From the NCBI GenBank assembly GCA_964653025.1, contig CAZZBZ010000005.1:3571-67570 (forward strand): a stretch of DNA of 64,000 nucleotides, in the 5' to 3' direction. Positions 29,587-37,567 of this stretch are shown piece after piece. Made by a program: the position numbers and the translations under genes. Under the pieces are notes generated by a model. It worked only from the letters and a program-made list of their open reading frames with translations. It did not search any database and was not told the DNA's origin. The stretch comes from an uncultured Verrucomicrobiota bacterium. Lineage in GTDB: Bacteria > Verrucomicrobiota > Verrucomicrobiia > JABWAM01. Position 1 is the stretch's first letter; each line of letters opens with the position of its first letter.

Positions 29587-30993
29587 ATGTCCTCGTCCCC
29601 CTCCTTCGAACCCTTCGACCGGAAGATGCGGGAAGCCGGCCTCTCCGGGGCGGCAATCGCCGCCTTCCGCCACAGCTACGGACTCCTCGCTGCCGGCGCG
29701 ACCGGCCTCGTCGCGGAAACGGAGATCGCGCCGGCGGCGGGCTTGCCCCGGCTCGACGCCCTCCCCGAGCGCTCCGCCGAGGGGGCCCGTCTCCTCCCGC
29801 GCGCCGTGGCACTCAAACTCAATGGCGGCCTCGGCACCAGCATGGGCCTCGAACGCGCAAAATCGCTCCTCGAGGTGAAGCCGGGGCTCGCCTTCCTCGA
29901 CCTCATCGCGCGCCAGGCCCTCGCCCTGCGCAAACCTCAGGAGGGACGCGCGCGGTTCCTCCTGATGAACAGCTTCAGCACGAGCGCGGATTCCCGTGCC
30001 CGACTCGCCGCCCACCCCGGGCTCGGTGACCCCGCGCAGATGGAACTCCTCCAGAGCCGCGTGCCGAAGGTGGACGCACGCACGCTCGCCCCGGCGGAAT
30101 GGCCCTCCCATCCCTCGCTTGAATGGTGCCCGCCCGGCCACGGCGATCTTTACCCCTCGTTGCTCGAGTCCGGATGGCTCGACCGCCTCGTCGGCGAGGA
30201 TGCCCTTTTCCTCTTCGTGTCGAACGCCGACAACCTCGGCGCCACGCTGGACCCCTCCCTCCTCGCGTGGTTCGCGGAAAGCGGGCTCTCGTTCGCCATG
30301 GAGGTCGCCGAGCGCACCGAAGCCGACCGCAAGGGCGGGCATCTTGCCCTCCGCCGCGCCGACGGGCGCTTCCTCCTCCGTGAATCCGCGCAGTGCCCCA
30401 AGGCGGACGAAGCCGCCTTCCAGGACGTCAAACGCCACGGTTTCTTCAACACGAACAGCCTCTGGATCCGCCTCGACCACCTCCGCGAGATCCTCGGAAA
30501 ACATGGCGGATTCCTCCCGCTGCCTCTCATTCTCAACTCCAAGACCCTCGACCCCCGCGACCCGAAATCGCCCGCGGTCTTCCAGCTTGAGACGGCGATG
30601 GGTGCCGCGATCGAGTGCTTTGAACGTGCCGGGGCGATCGTGGTCCCCCGCTCCCGCTTCGTCCCCGTAAAGACGATCAGCGACCTCCTGGTCCTCCGCT
30701 CGGACGCCTACGAGGTCGCCCCGGACTCCCGTGTGCGCCTCGCCACCGCTTGCGGGGGCCGCGCCCCCGTCGTGGAACTCGACTCCCGCCATGCGCGCTT
30801 CGTGGAACACCTCGACCACATGACGGCAGAGGGCATCCCCTCGCTGGCGCGTTGCCGCCGTTTAAAAATCGAGGGACCCATCGCCTTCGACGCAGGAGTG
30901 TCCTTCGAGGGAGAGGTCACGGTTCGAAACTCCTCCGTGGAGGAGCGGCGGGTGCGTTCGGGGCTTTACCGCGAAACGACGGTGGAACTATGA
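29587..30993 (+). CDS. UTP--glucose-1-phosphate uridylyltransferase, eukaryote-type (UGP2/UDPGP family)
   Basis: ALKLNGGLGTSMGLERAKSLLEV, LLMNSFSTS, WCPPGHGDLY, LFVSNADNLGA and FFNTNSLW are UDPGP-family hallmarks. ATG at 29587 is preferred over the TTG at 29584. Confidence 0.8.
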   Translation: MSSSPSFEPFDRKMREAGLSGAAIAAFRHSYGLLAAGATGLVAETEIAPAAGLPRLDALPERSAEGARLLPRAVALKLNGGLGTSMGLERAKSLLEVKPGLAFLDLIARQALALRKPQEGRARFLLMNSFSTSADSRARLAAHPGLGDPAQMELLQSRVPKVDARTLAPAEWPSHPSLEWCPPGHGDLYPSLLESGWLDRLVGEDALFLFVSNADNLGATLDPSLLAWFAESGLSFAMEVAERTEADRKGGHLALRRADGRFLLRESAQCPKADEAAFQDVKRHGFFNTNSLWIRLDHLREILGKHGGFLPLPLILNSKTLDPRDPKSPAVFQLETAMGAAIECFERAGAIVVPRSRFVPVKTISDLLVLRSDAYEVAPDSRVRLATACGGRAPVVELDSRHARFVEHLDHMTAEGIPSLARCRRLKIEGPIAFDAGVSFEGEVTVRNSSVEERRVRSGLYRETTVEL

Positions 30994-31658
30994 GCCGTAA
31001 GCCCGCCGCCCTGCGCCGCCTCGCGCGAACGCTGGAAGGCCCGTCCGGGAGCCACCCCGTAGTCTTCATCACCGCCTCAGACACCGGCGCGGGAAAAACC
31101 TGGCTCACCACCGCGCTCCTGCGGGAATGGCGCCGCCGTGGAGTCGCGGCGGTGGGGATCAAGGCCATGAGTTGCGGAGGGCACGGCGACGCGCGCGCTC
31201 TGGCCCGTGCCAGCGCTTCGAGGTGGACCCTCGCAGCGGCCGACCCCGTGTTCCTTCCCCTGCCCGTAGCCCCGGCTGCCCAGCCCCGTCCACCTTGGGC
31301 GGCCATGCTGCGGCGAATACGTGGAAGCCTCCATGCCGCGCGGACCGCAGGTGCGCGTGTGGTCCTCGTCGAGGGGGCGGGAGGCCTGCTTTGCCCCGTG
31401 GACGGCCCCCGCACCATGCGCGACCTTGCCGCCGCGCTGGGGGCCACGCTCCTCGTGGTGGTCCCCAACCGCCTCGGGGCCCTGAACCAGGCGCTCCTCG
31501 TCCTTGAAGCGGCCGGGAAAAAGCGCCTGCGCGTCGCCGCGCTCGTTCTCAACGGCGGCGCCCCCCGTCTGCGCACCCCGATACGTTCGGGACTGCGACG
31601 CTCGAACGCACGCCTCCTGCACCACCTCACACGCACCCCCGTGGTCGAGGTCGGATGA
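30990..31658 (+). CDS. bioD: dethiobiotin synthase-like P-loop protein
   Basis: Start at the internal MSRKPA (ATG 30990), an ATGA overlap with the UGPase stop. ITASDTGAGKT, GIKAMSCG, VLVEGAGG and LLVVVPNRLGALNQALL parallel the E. coli BioD motifs. Confidence 0.65.
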   Translation: MSRKPAALRRLARTLEGPSGSHPVVFITASDTGAGKTWLTTALLREWRRRGVAAVGIKAMSCGGHGDARALARASASRWTLAAADPVFLPLPVAPAAQPRPPWAAMLRRIRGSLHAARTAGARVVLVEGAGGLLCPVDGPRTMRDLAAALGATLLVVVPNRLGALNQALLVLEAAGKKRLRVAALVLNGGAPRLRTPIRSGLRRSNARLLHHLTRTPVVEVG

Positions 31659-31708
31659 CAGGTCGCGTCGCGTTGCCGCTTGTTCCCCGCGCCTCCGGCG
31701 GGTAGCCT

Positions 31709-32338
31709 GTGAGCAACATGGACGATGCGCGTCCGCAACACGAAGTCCCAAAGGAAACGATCCCGTCCGCGGAGATCGAGCATGACCGGGGGTTGGTGCG
31801 CCATGTTCAGGAGGGCAACCCGGAGGCATTTGACGAGCTGGTGGAACGAAACAAGTCGCGCGTGATCGGCGTGCTCTACAACATGCTCGGCAACCGCGAG
31901 GACGCCGCCGACCTGGCCCAGGAGGTCTTCGTCAAGGCATTCCACTCCATCTCGGGCTTCCGCAACGAATCGAGCTTCTACGGCTGGATCTACCGCATCG
32001 CGATCAACACGGCCCTCAACTTCCTGAAGCAGCGCAAGGAGCCCCAACTCAGCCTGAACGAGTGGTCCGCCAACGTGGAGGAGGATCCCCTCTACCGCGA
32101 ACTGGTCGCCCGGGAGTCCGTCCACCGGGACATGGATCGCGACGATCTCCGAGAAAGATTGAACGAAGCGCTCCAGAAGCTGTCTAAAGATCATAGGGCG
32201 GTTGTGGTGCTCCACGATATCGAGGGGCTCCGACACCAAGAGGTCGCGAAGGTCCTCGGGTGTACGGAGGCAACTGCCCGTAGCCGACTTTTTTACGCTC
32301 ACCAACAACTTCAGTCCCTGCTTGCGAAATACCTTTAA
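31709..32338 (+). CDS. ECF (group IV) sigma-70 family sigma factor
   Basis: Region 2 (AFDELVERNKSRVIGVLYNMLGNREDAADLAQEVFVKAF..FYGWIYRIAINTALN) and region 4 (VVVLHDIEGLRHQEVAKVLGCTEATARSRLFYAHQQL). GTG at 31709 or ATG at 31718. Confidence 0.85.
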   Translation: MSNMDDARPQHEVPKETIPSAEIEHDRGLVRHVQEGNPEAFDELVERNKSRVIGVLYNMLGNREDAADLAQEVFVKAFHSISGFRNESSFYGWIYRIAINTALNFLKQRKEPQLSLNEWSANVEEDPLYRELVARESVHRDMDRDDLRERLNEALQKLSKDHRAVVVLHDIEGLRHQEVAKVLGCTEATARSRLFYAHQQLQSLLAKYL

Positions 32339-32351
32339 CCACGCCAACATC

Positions 32352-32888
32352 ATGAACGTGAACTGCCGCAGCGCCCGCCTCCACCTTGAAGACCCCGCAA
32401 AGGGTCGCCTCGATGCCGTGAAGGCCCATCTCGCCGCCTGCCCCGATTGCGCGAGCACCCTGGAGCGGACCCGCCGCCTGCAATCCCTGCTCTCCCTCAA
32501 GCGCCACGAGCGCCCGGATGAGTTCGTCGAGCGCAACTTCCTGCCCGAGTTTCACCGTCGCCTCTATGCGAACATCGTCCGTCGCCGTACCTTCCTCAGC
32601 CGCGTCCGCGCTTTCCTTGAGTTCGATGGAGGCATTCCCGCCACGGTACGCGCCCTGACGCTCGCCTCGGCATTCGCCCTGAGCTTGCTGAGCCTCTACA
32701 CCGTCCACACTTCCATGACCACAGGTTACGGGACTCCATCTGTGGTGGCGCAGCATCGCGCTCTCCAAACCCCCGTTGAGAATGAGGTTGCCTTCAACCC
32801 GCGCGGAGCGAAGAATCCTGTCGTTTATGTTCTGGATCGCGTCTCCTATGCCCCACGCTTGGATGAGACGGCGGTGCTTTCTTTCTAA
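32352..32888 (+). CDS. anti-sigma factor (zf-HC2 N-terminus, one TM)
   Basis: Start at the internal MNVNC (ATG 32352). H-x3-C-x2-C motif (AHLAACPDC). TM ALTLASAFALSLLSLY. Lies directly downstream of the ECF sigma. Confidence 0.7.
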   Translation: MNVNCRSARLHLEDPAKGRLDAVKAHLAACPDCASTLERTRRLQSLLSLKRHERPDEFVERNFLPEFHRRLYANIVRRRTFLSRVRAFLEFDGGIPATVRALTLASAFALSLLSLYTVHTSMTTGYGTPSVVAQHRALQTPVENEVAFNPRGAKNPVVYVLDRVSYAPRLDETAVLSF

Positions 32889-33951
32889 GCCCGTCGTAGG
32901 GGCGGTGCTGGCGGCGGCCTTCCTCGGGCCCGTGGTTTCCTTGCGTGCCCAAGGGGTCGTCCAAGGGCTTGAGAAGGAGATCCAGTCCATCTTCGATCGC
33001 ACCAAGGACGCGGTAGTGCGCATCAAGACGATCGTCCCCGTCACCGATCCGAGCGAGAAACAGGTGGTTGCCGAAGGATTGAGCGTGGGGACCGGCTTCT
33101 TCGTCAGCAATGACGGGCTGATCCTCACCGCCGCAAGCGTGCTCCGCGGGGCCGACCGGGCACTGGTTTACTGGCGTGGAAACTCCTACGAGGCCCAGAG
33201 CCTCGGCTCCGACCTGCGGACGAACCTCGCCCTTCTCAAGATCGAGGCGAAGACCCCCTCCCTGCCCCACGGTCCCCCCAGGGATCTCAAAGTGGGCTCG
33301 ATGACCTTCGCGGTTGGCTTCCCGATGGATGGCCCGATTTCCGCCGAGTACGGTTTTGTCTCCGACCCGACGTTCATTAGCGGTTTTGTCTCCGATCAGA
33401 ACGCGACGCGGATGCCGCAGTTCGTCGCCACCAGCCGGATCCGCACCAGCGTGCGCGTCCAACCCGGACAGAGTGGCAGCCCCCTGCTCAACACGAAGGG
33501 CGAGGTCGTCGGGATCGTTGTCTACTCGCTCGATCAGGATGGCTCGACCTTTGCCCTACCCATCACCGCCGCCCAGAAAATCCAGCGGGACCTGGTCCAG
33601 TACCACGTGGCGCGCCACGGATGGACGGGTCTTTCCATCCTCGCGCTGGGAGACAACCTGAAGGCGACCACGAGCGATATCGCGGTACGGGACGTTTACG
33701 AGAGCTACCCGGCCCATCTCGCGGGAATCCAGCCCGGCGACCTCCTCCGCCGCATCGGCCCGAACGAGATTCGCTCCCCCGCCGACGTGATGGACGCCAC
33801 CTTCTACCTCAGCATCGGCGAGACGGTGGTCATCACCGTGGAGCGCATGGGCAAGCTTCTCGAACTGCCCTTGAAGGTCGTCCAGCGCCCCTCGGAGAAG
33901 GAACTGCTCGCGCTCAAGCGGGTGGTCCCGCCGACGGAAAGCATCCGCTGA
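32863..33951 (+). CDS. HtrA/DegP-like trypsin-fold + PDZ protein with an apparently degenerate catalytic triad
   Basis: Start at MRRRCF (ATG 32863), signal peptide. GTGFFVSNDGLILTAASVL, TNLALLKI, GQSGSPLLN. PDZ-like GIQPGDLLRRIGPNEIRSPADV. Confidence 0.75.
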   Translation: MRRRCFLSKPVVGAVLAAAFLGPVVSLRAQGVVQGLEKEIQSIFDRTKDAVVRIKTIVPVTDPSEKQVVAEGLSVGTGFFVSNDGLILTAASVLRGADRALVYWRGNSYEAQSLGSDLRTNLALLKIEAKTPSLPHGPPRDLKVGSMTFAVGFPMDGPISAEYGFVSDPTFISGFVSDQNATRMPQFVATSRIRTSVRVQPGQSGSPLLNTKGEVVGIVVYSLDQDGSTFALPITAAQKIQRDLVQYHVARHGWTGLSILALGDNLKATTSDIAVRDVYESYPAHLAGIQPGDLLRRIGPNEIRSPADVMDATFYLSIGETVVITVERMGKLLELPLKVVQRPSEKELLALKRVVPPTESIR

Positions 33952-33991
33952 GATAACTGCTCAGGCGTAGGGTTTGCTCGCGGACTGCCGA

Positions 33992-34055
33992 GGGCACGAC
34001 GAAGCGTGCCCCTCCCATGGCATGCGGGGCTGGAGGGGCACGCTTCGTCGTGCCC
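33992..34055. repeat. perfect 24-bp-arm inverted repeat (GGGCACGACGAAGCGTGCCCCTCC / GGAGGGGCACGCTTCGTCGTGCCC) with a 16-nt spacer; REP-like, possibly a bidirectional terminator
   Basis: Arms at 33992-34015 and 34032-34055 are exact reverse complements. Each arm also contains its own GGGCACG..CGTGCCC hairpin. Located between convergent stops (33951 and 34072). Confidence 0.85.
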
Positions 34056-34071
34056 ATGCGAAGCCAAAAAG

Positions 34072-34896
34072 TTATCCGCTAGGGGCAACGCGCCCGGACG
34101 GGGGAATCCCGCCAGCAGCCCCCCGGGCCCGAAGGTCCTGGGCCAACTCGCCCAGGCGTCCCTGGTTGGAGGTAAGAAAGTGCGCTACGCTGTGGCCGGC
34201 GATCTTCGCATCGCGGTTGAGCATCGCCATATCCCAGAAGAGCTTCGGGCGTTTGAGCACGTTCACGATCAGGCGCAGGTAACGCCAGGGCGACTCGGAC
34301 ATGAGGAACGGGGTGATGACCTCGAGCGCCGGGATGTCCTCCTCCGCGGTATCGGTGATCGTGTGGATGCCGAGAAAGGGGAGGTTTCGGGAACGCGCCT
34401 CGGAGTAAACGGCGAAGGATTCCATATCCACGACGGGGCATCTCGTGCGGGCGAAAAGCGTGCTCTTCTCCTCGTGGCGCGCCACAATGCGGTCCGCGGT
34501 AAAAAGCGGACCAACGTACACGTGGTGCTCGTGCGACGCGTCGGCAACCCTGCGGAGGCGCCCCTCGCGTTCGAGGTCCTCCTCCGAGCCCCCCCCGTCC
34601 GTGCCGTTCACCGACCATGCGGAGAGCACGATGTCGCCGCGGCGGAGTTCCGGGTCGAGCGCACCCGCGTAGCCGATGGAGAGGAGGGCGGTGGCCCCGT
34701 GCGCGTCGCAGAGCGCGGCGGCGGCTCGACGGGCGTTGACCTTGCCAACCCCCCCGATCATGGCCACCACGGGGGCGGTGCCGAGACGGCCAACAAATGC
34801 GCGCTTCCCAACGAGGCTGCCCCCCGTATGCGAATGAAAAGCAGGGGCGAGATACCCCCATTCGTTGGGAAGGGCGATGACGATTCCGAGAGGCAT
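34072..34896 (-). CDS. PNP_UDP_1-family nucleosidase/phosphorylase (MTA/SAH-nucleosidase-like)
   Basis: 274 aa. IVIALPNE, GVGKVNA..AA, LLSIGYAGAL and VVDMESFAV resemble the MtnN/MqnB/HpnG-type fold. Specific substrate not assignable. Confidence 0.6.
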   Translation of the reverse strand: MPLGIVIALPNEWGYLAPAFHSHTGGSLVGKRAFVGRLGTAPVVAMIGGVGKVNARRAAAALCDAHGATALLSIGYAGALDPELRRGDIVLSAWSVNGTDGGGSEEDLEREGRLRRVADASHEHHVYVGPLFTADRIVARHEEKSTLFARTRCPVVDMESFAVYSEARSRNLPFLGIHTITDTAEEDIPALEVITPFLMSESPWRYLRLIVNVLKRPKLFWDMAMLNRDAKIAGHSVAHFLTSNQGRLGELAQDLRARGAAGGIPPSGRVAPSG

Positions 34897-35029
34897 GGCT
34901 GTTTTCTAGCCCACAAAGACGAGCACGGCAACCTCCCTGAACAGAGGGGCTCGTGATCCGCTGTTTCGGGCTTGCGCGGTGGTGCGGACGGGGAGCATCC
35001 TGCGCGAAATTCCAACCACGGAGGTTCCC

Positions 35030-36778
35030 ATGCGCGTTCGCTTTTTTTTGATTGCAACCCTTACCGCCGCAACGTGCCTCACGATCTCCGCCCAGGAGCA
35101 GGGCGTGTCGGACCGCCTGAAATCGCTCAAGGCCGCGGCCGTCGACGAGAAGGCGATCCCCGGCGGCGGGCCCGCCTCCGCCTCGGGAGCGATGCGCGAC
35201 ATGGCAATGGTCGCGAACAACGTCACCCAGGTGGAGGGCCAGATCGCGAACCAGGATTTCGACAACGCACGCCGTTTCATTCGCCAGTGGATGCAGAACA
35301 CGGCCTCGCCGCAGATTCGGAAGATGCTCGATGACCTGCTCGCGGAGGTGGAGAAGCTCGCGAAGGATCGCGACGAGAAGCTCCGCACGAAAGCGAGGGA
35401 CATCCTGGACCGTGCGTCCACCGCCTGCCTTGCCGCGAAGAAGGAGGAGGACCTTGCCCCCGTGATGGAGGAGATGCGTGATTTCATGGAGACCGAGTTG
35501 AATAGCGGGCGCTGGCGCCGCGCCTCCCGCTGGCAGCAGGAGTTCAACAACGCCCTGCAGTTCATGGACCGCTGGCAGGAGTTCGTGGCGGCGCGGGCCG
35601 CGGGCTCGCTCGACGCGGCGCTCCAGGCGCTCCAGCAACTCTCTGGATACTCCTCGAAGCTTGTGCCGCGCTCGAAGCTGATGGAGATCCAGAAGGAACT
35701 CGCCCCGAAGGCCTTCGCGGGGTTCAAGGAGCAGATCGCAAAGGCCGGGGCCCAACTCGCCGCGGCAAAAACCGCCTCCCAGGCGGCCGAGGCCGCCGAC
35801 GCGATCTCCACCGCCTACGACGACATGAACCGTTTCGGCGGCTCCATGCCCTCCTCCCTCCGCATGTTGTTCGAGGGGGCGCAGCAGGCGGCGCGCGAGT
35901 GGCGCGCGATCCTGCAGTTCGAGGAGCAGGGACGACCCGCAATGGCGCTCCAGCGCCTGCGCAACCTCGAACAGAACAACTACAGCGACTTCCGCATCCT
36001 CCCTGCCGCGACACTTGTTACCAAGCGCGCGGCGCTCGTGAAGAAGATGATGGAGGGGGCGGGGGACGCAGGCTCCGAGCTTGCCGCCGAGGTGGATCGC
36101 GTGGTCACGGGGATCAAGAGCGGGGCCGACCTTGCCGCCGCGCGCACGAAGGTCGAGCGCCTGCAACGAGTCGCCGGTTCCGAGGGGGACCCGATCCAGC
36201 AGGCGCTCTATCGCCTGATGTCCGACCTCGCCCTGCTGGAAACGGTCTACCGTCAGGCACAGGGCGGAGGGGAGACCGCGAGCCTGGGGACAGTTCCCTG
36301 GCGCGGAGGCTATTCCGTCGAGGGGCATCCATGGCAGAAGCCGCTCGCGGCGCTCCGGGAGGCGTTGCTGGCGGAGGTGGTCCAGGCGCGGTTTGAGCTT
36401 CCCGAAATGGCGAAGGCGAAGGGGGCCGACCTTTCCTCAAAGCTCGAGGGTCTCGCCGACGAGGCCTTTGCGAAGTCGGATTGGACGCGCCTCCTCCGTG
36501 TTCTCAACGCGCTCCGTTTCGCGTCGGGGCTTCCCGACTACACCGTGCCGGGCATGGCCGCGCCGCGGGGCGGGATCCTCGGCGAGGCCGCGGCGGTCGG
36601 GGCGTTCGTCGCGGGGCAGAACCTCGAGCAGGCCGGGCAATACGCGGCGGCGGCCGAGTGTTACCGCGAGGTCCTCAAGCAGTCGGGCAAGCGGGTGCCG
36701 ACGAAGGTGGCGACCGAGCGGCTTCTCGCCATCACGAAGGAGCACCCCGAGGTCGCGAAGGAAGGCGCACCCCGCTGA
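35030..36778 (+). CDS. hypothetical secreted all-helical protein (582 aa)
   Basis: Start at MRVRFFLIATLTAATCLTISAQ (ATG 35030, signal peptide). Ala/Leu/Glu/Arg-rich helical sequence with no recognisable family. The 749-aa minus ORF is its antisense shadow. Confidence 0.6.
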   Translation: MRVRFFLIATLTAATCLTISAQEQGVSDRLKSLKAAAVDEKAIPGGGPASASGAMRDMAMVANNVTQVEGQIANQDFDNARRFIRQWMQNTASPQIRKMLDDLLAEVEKLAKDRDEKLRTKARDILDRASTACLAAKKEEDLAPVMEEMRDFMETELNSGRWRRASRWQQEFNNALQFMDRWQEFVAARAAGSLDAALQALQQLSGYSSKLVPRSKLMEIQKELAPKAFAGFKEQIAKAGAQLAAAKTASQAAEAADAISTAYDDMNRFGGSMPSSLRMLFEGAQQAAREWRAILQFEEQGRPAMALQRLRNLEQNNYSDFRILPAATLVTKRAALVKKMMEGAGDAGSELAAEVDRVVTGIKSGADLAAARTKVERLQRVAGSEGDPIQQALYRLMSDLALLETVYRQAQGGGETASLGTVPWRGGYSVEGHPWQKPLAALREALLAEVVQARFELPEMAKAKGADLSSKLEGLADEAFAKSDWTRLLRVLNALRFASGLPDYTVPGMAAPRGGILGEAAAVGAFVAGQNLEQAGQYAAAAECYREVLKQSGKRVPTKVATERLLAITKEHPEVAKEGAPR

Positions 36779-36784
36779 GCCGCC

Positions 36785-37567
36785 TCAGGGCTTCCTCGCC
36801 GCAAGGAGGAGGAAGGGCCACCACCAGGTGACCTTCCCTTCGCGTTCCCCGAGGCGGAAGATCCGCCGGGCCGCGGCGGGGATGGTCGCGACGAGTTCCC
36901 GGACGCGGCGGCGGTTCTCCTCCGGGGTGCCCGCGACCTCGAAGTACGCGTCGAGGTCCTTCTGCGCCTTCTCCTCGACCACGCAGCTCGTCACCCGCAG
37001 GCCGGCGGACGCGCAGAGGGAGGACCAGCTCCCCGGCGTCAGGAAACGGTGGTGGCTCGGGTCGCGGAGCTTCTCCACCTGGTGCAGCCACTCGTCGGCC
37101 TCGGATTCCCCGTCCGGCACTGTGCCGTCGATGAGGACGAACGCCCCGCCGGGCCGCAGCACGCGGGCGGCCTCCCTCACGAAGTCGGGGGGTGAGCTGA
37201 AGTGGTGCGCGGCGACGCGGCAGGTGACGAGGTCGAAGGAGGCGTCCGCGTAGGGCAGGGACTCCGCGGCGTGCTGTCGGGTCTCGACTGAAAGCCCCCG
37301 CTCGGCGGCGAGCTTCCTGGTGTTGGCCAGCATTACCGGGGAAATGTCGGAGACCGTGACCGCGAGGCCGAGGCCCGCGAGGTGAACGCCGGTGTGCCCG
37401 CCCCCGGTGGCGACGTCGAGGGCCTCCTGGCCGGCCCGGGGGGACACGGGGACCAGCGCGCGCTCCAGGTCGGCGATGTCGGCGAGAAGGTGGCCCTTGC
37501 CGTAGCGGTCGCCCTGGCGATCGAACTGGCGGCGCGCCGATTCCTGGATGGGGTCGAGCCCGCTCAT
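36785..37567 (-). CDS. class I SAM-dependent methyltransferase (Methyltransf_11-like)
   Basis: Start at MSGLDP (ATG 37565-37567), an ATGA overlap with the kinase stop. ALDVATGGGHTG, DISPVML, FDLVTCRVAAHHF and LRPGGAFVLID. Confidence 0.8.
   Translation of the reverse strand: MSGLDPIQESARRQFDRQGDRYGKGHLLADIADLERALVPVSPRAGQEALDVATGGGHTGVHLAGLGLAVTVSDISPVMLANTRKLAAERGLSVETRQHAAESLPYADASFDLVTCRVAAHHFSSPPDFVREAARVLRPGGAFVLIDGTVPDGESEADEWLHQVEKLRDPSHHRFLTPGSWSSLCASAGLRVTSCVVEEKAQKDLDAYFEVAGTPEENRRRVRELVATIPAAARRIFRLGEREGKVTWWWPFLLLAARKP

Noticed and set aside
33943-34080. A MITE with a target-site duplication: ATCCGCT occurs at 33943-49 and 34074-80, flanking the palindromic spacer with GATAACT/AGTTATC ends.
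   Set aside because: Both ATCCGCT copies lie inside the last codons of the two convergent genes, and the right copy overlaps the putative terminal repeat. A 7-bp coincidence is plausible. With no other copies visible in this window, a REP-like or terminator reading is safer.
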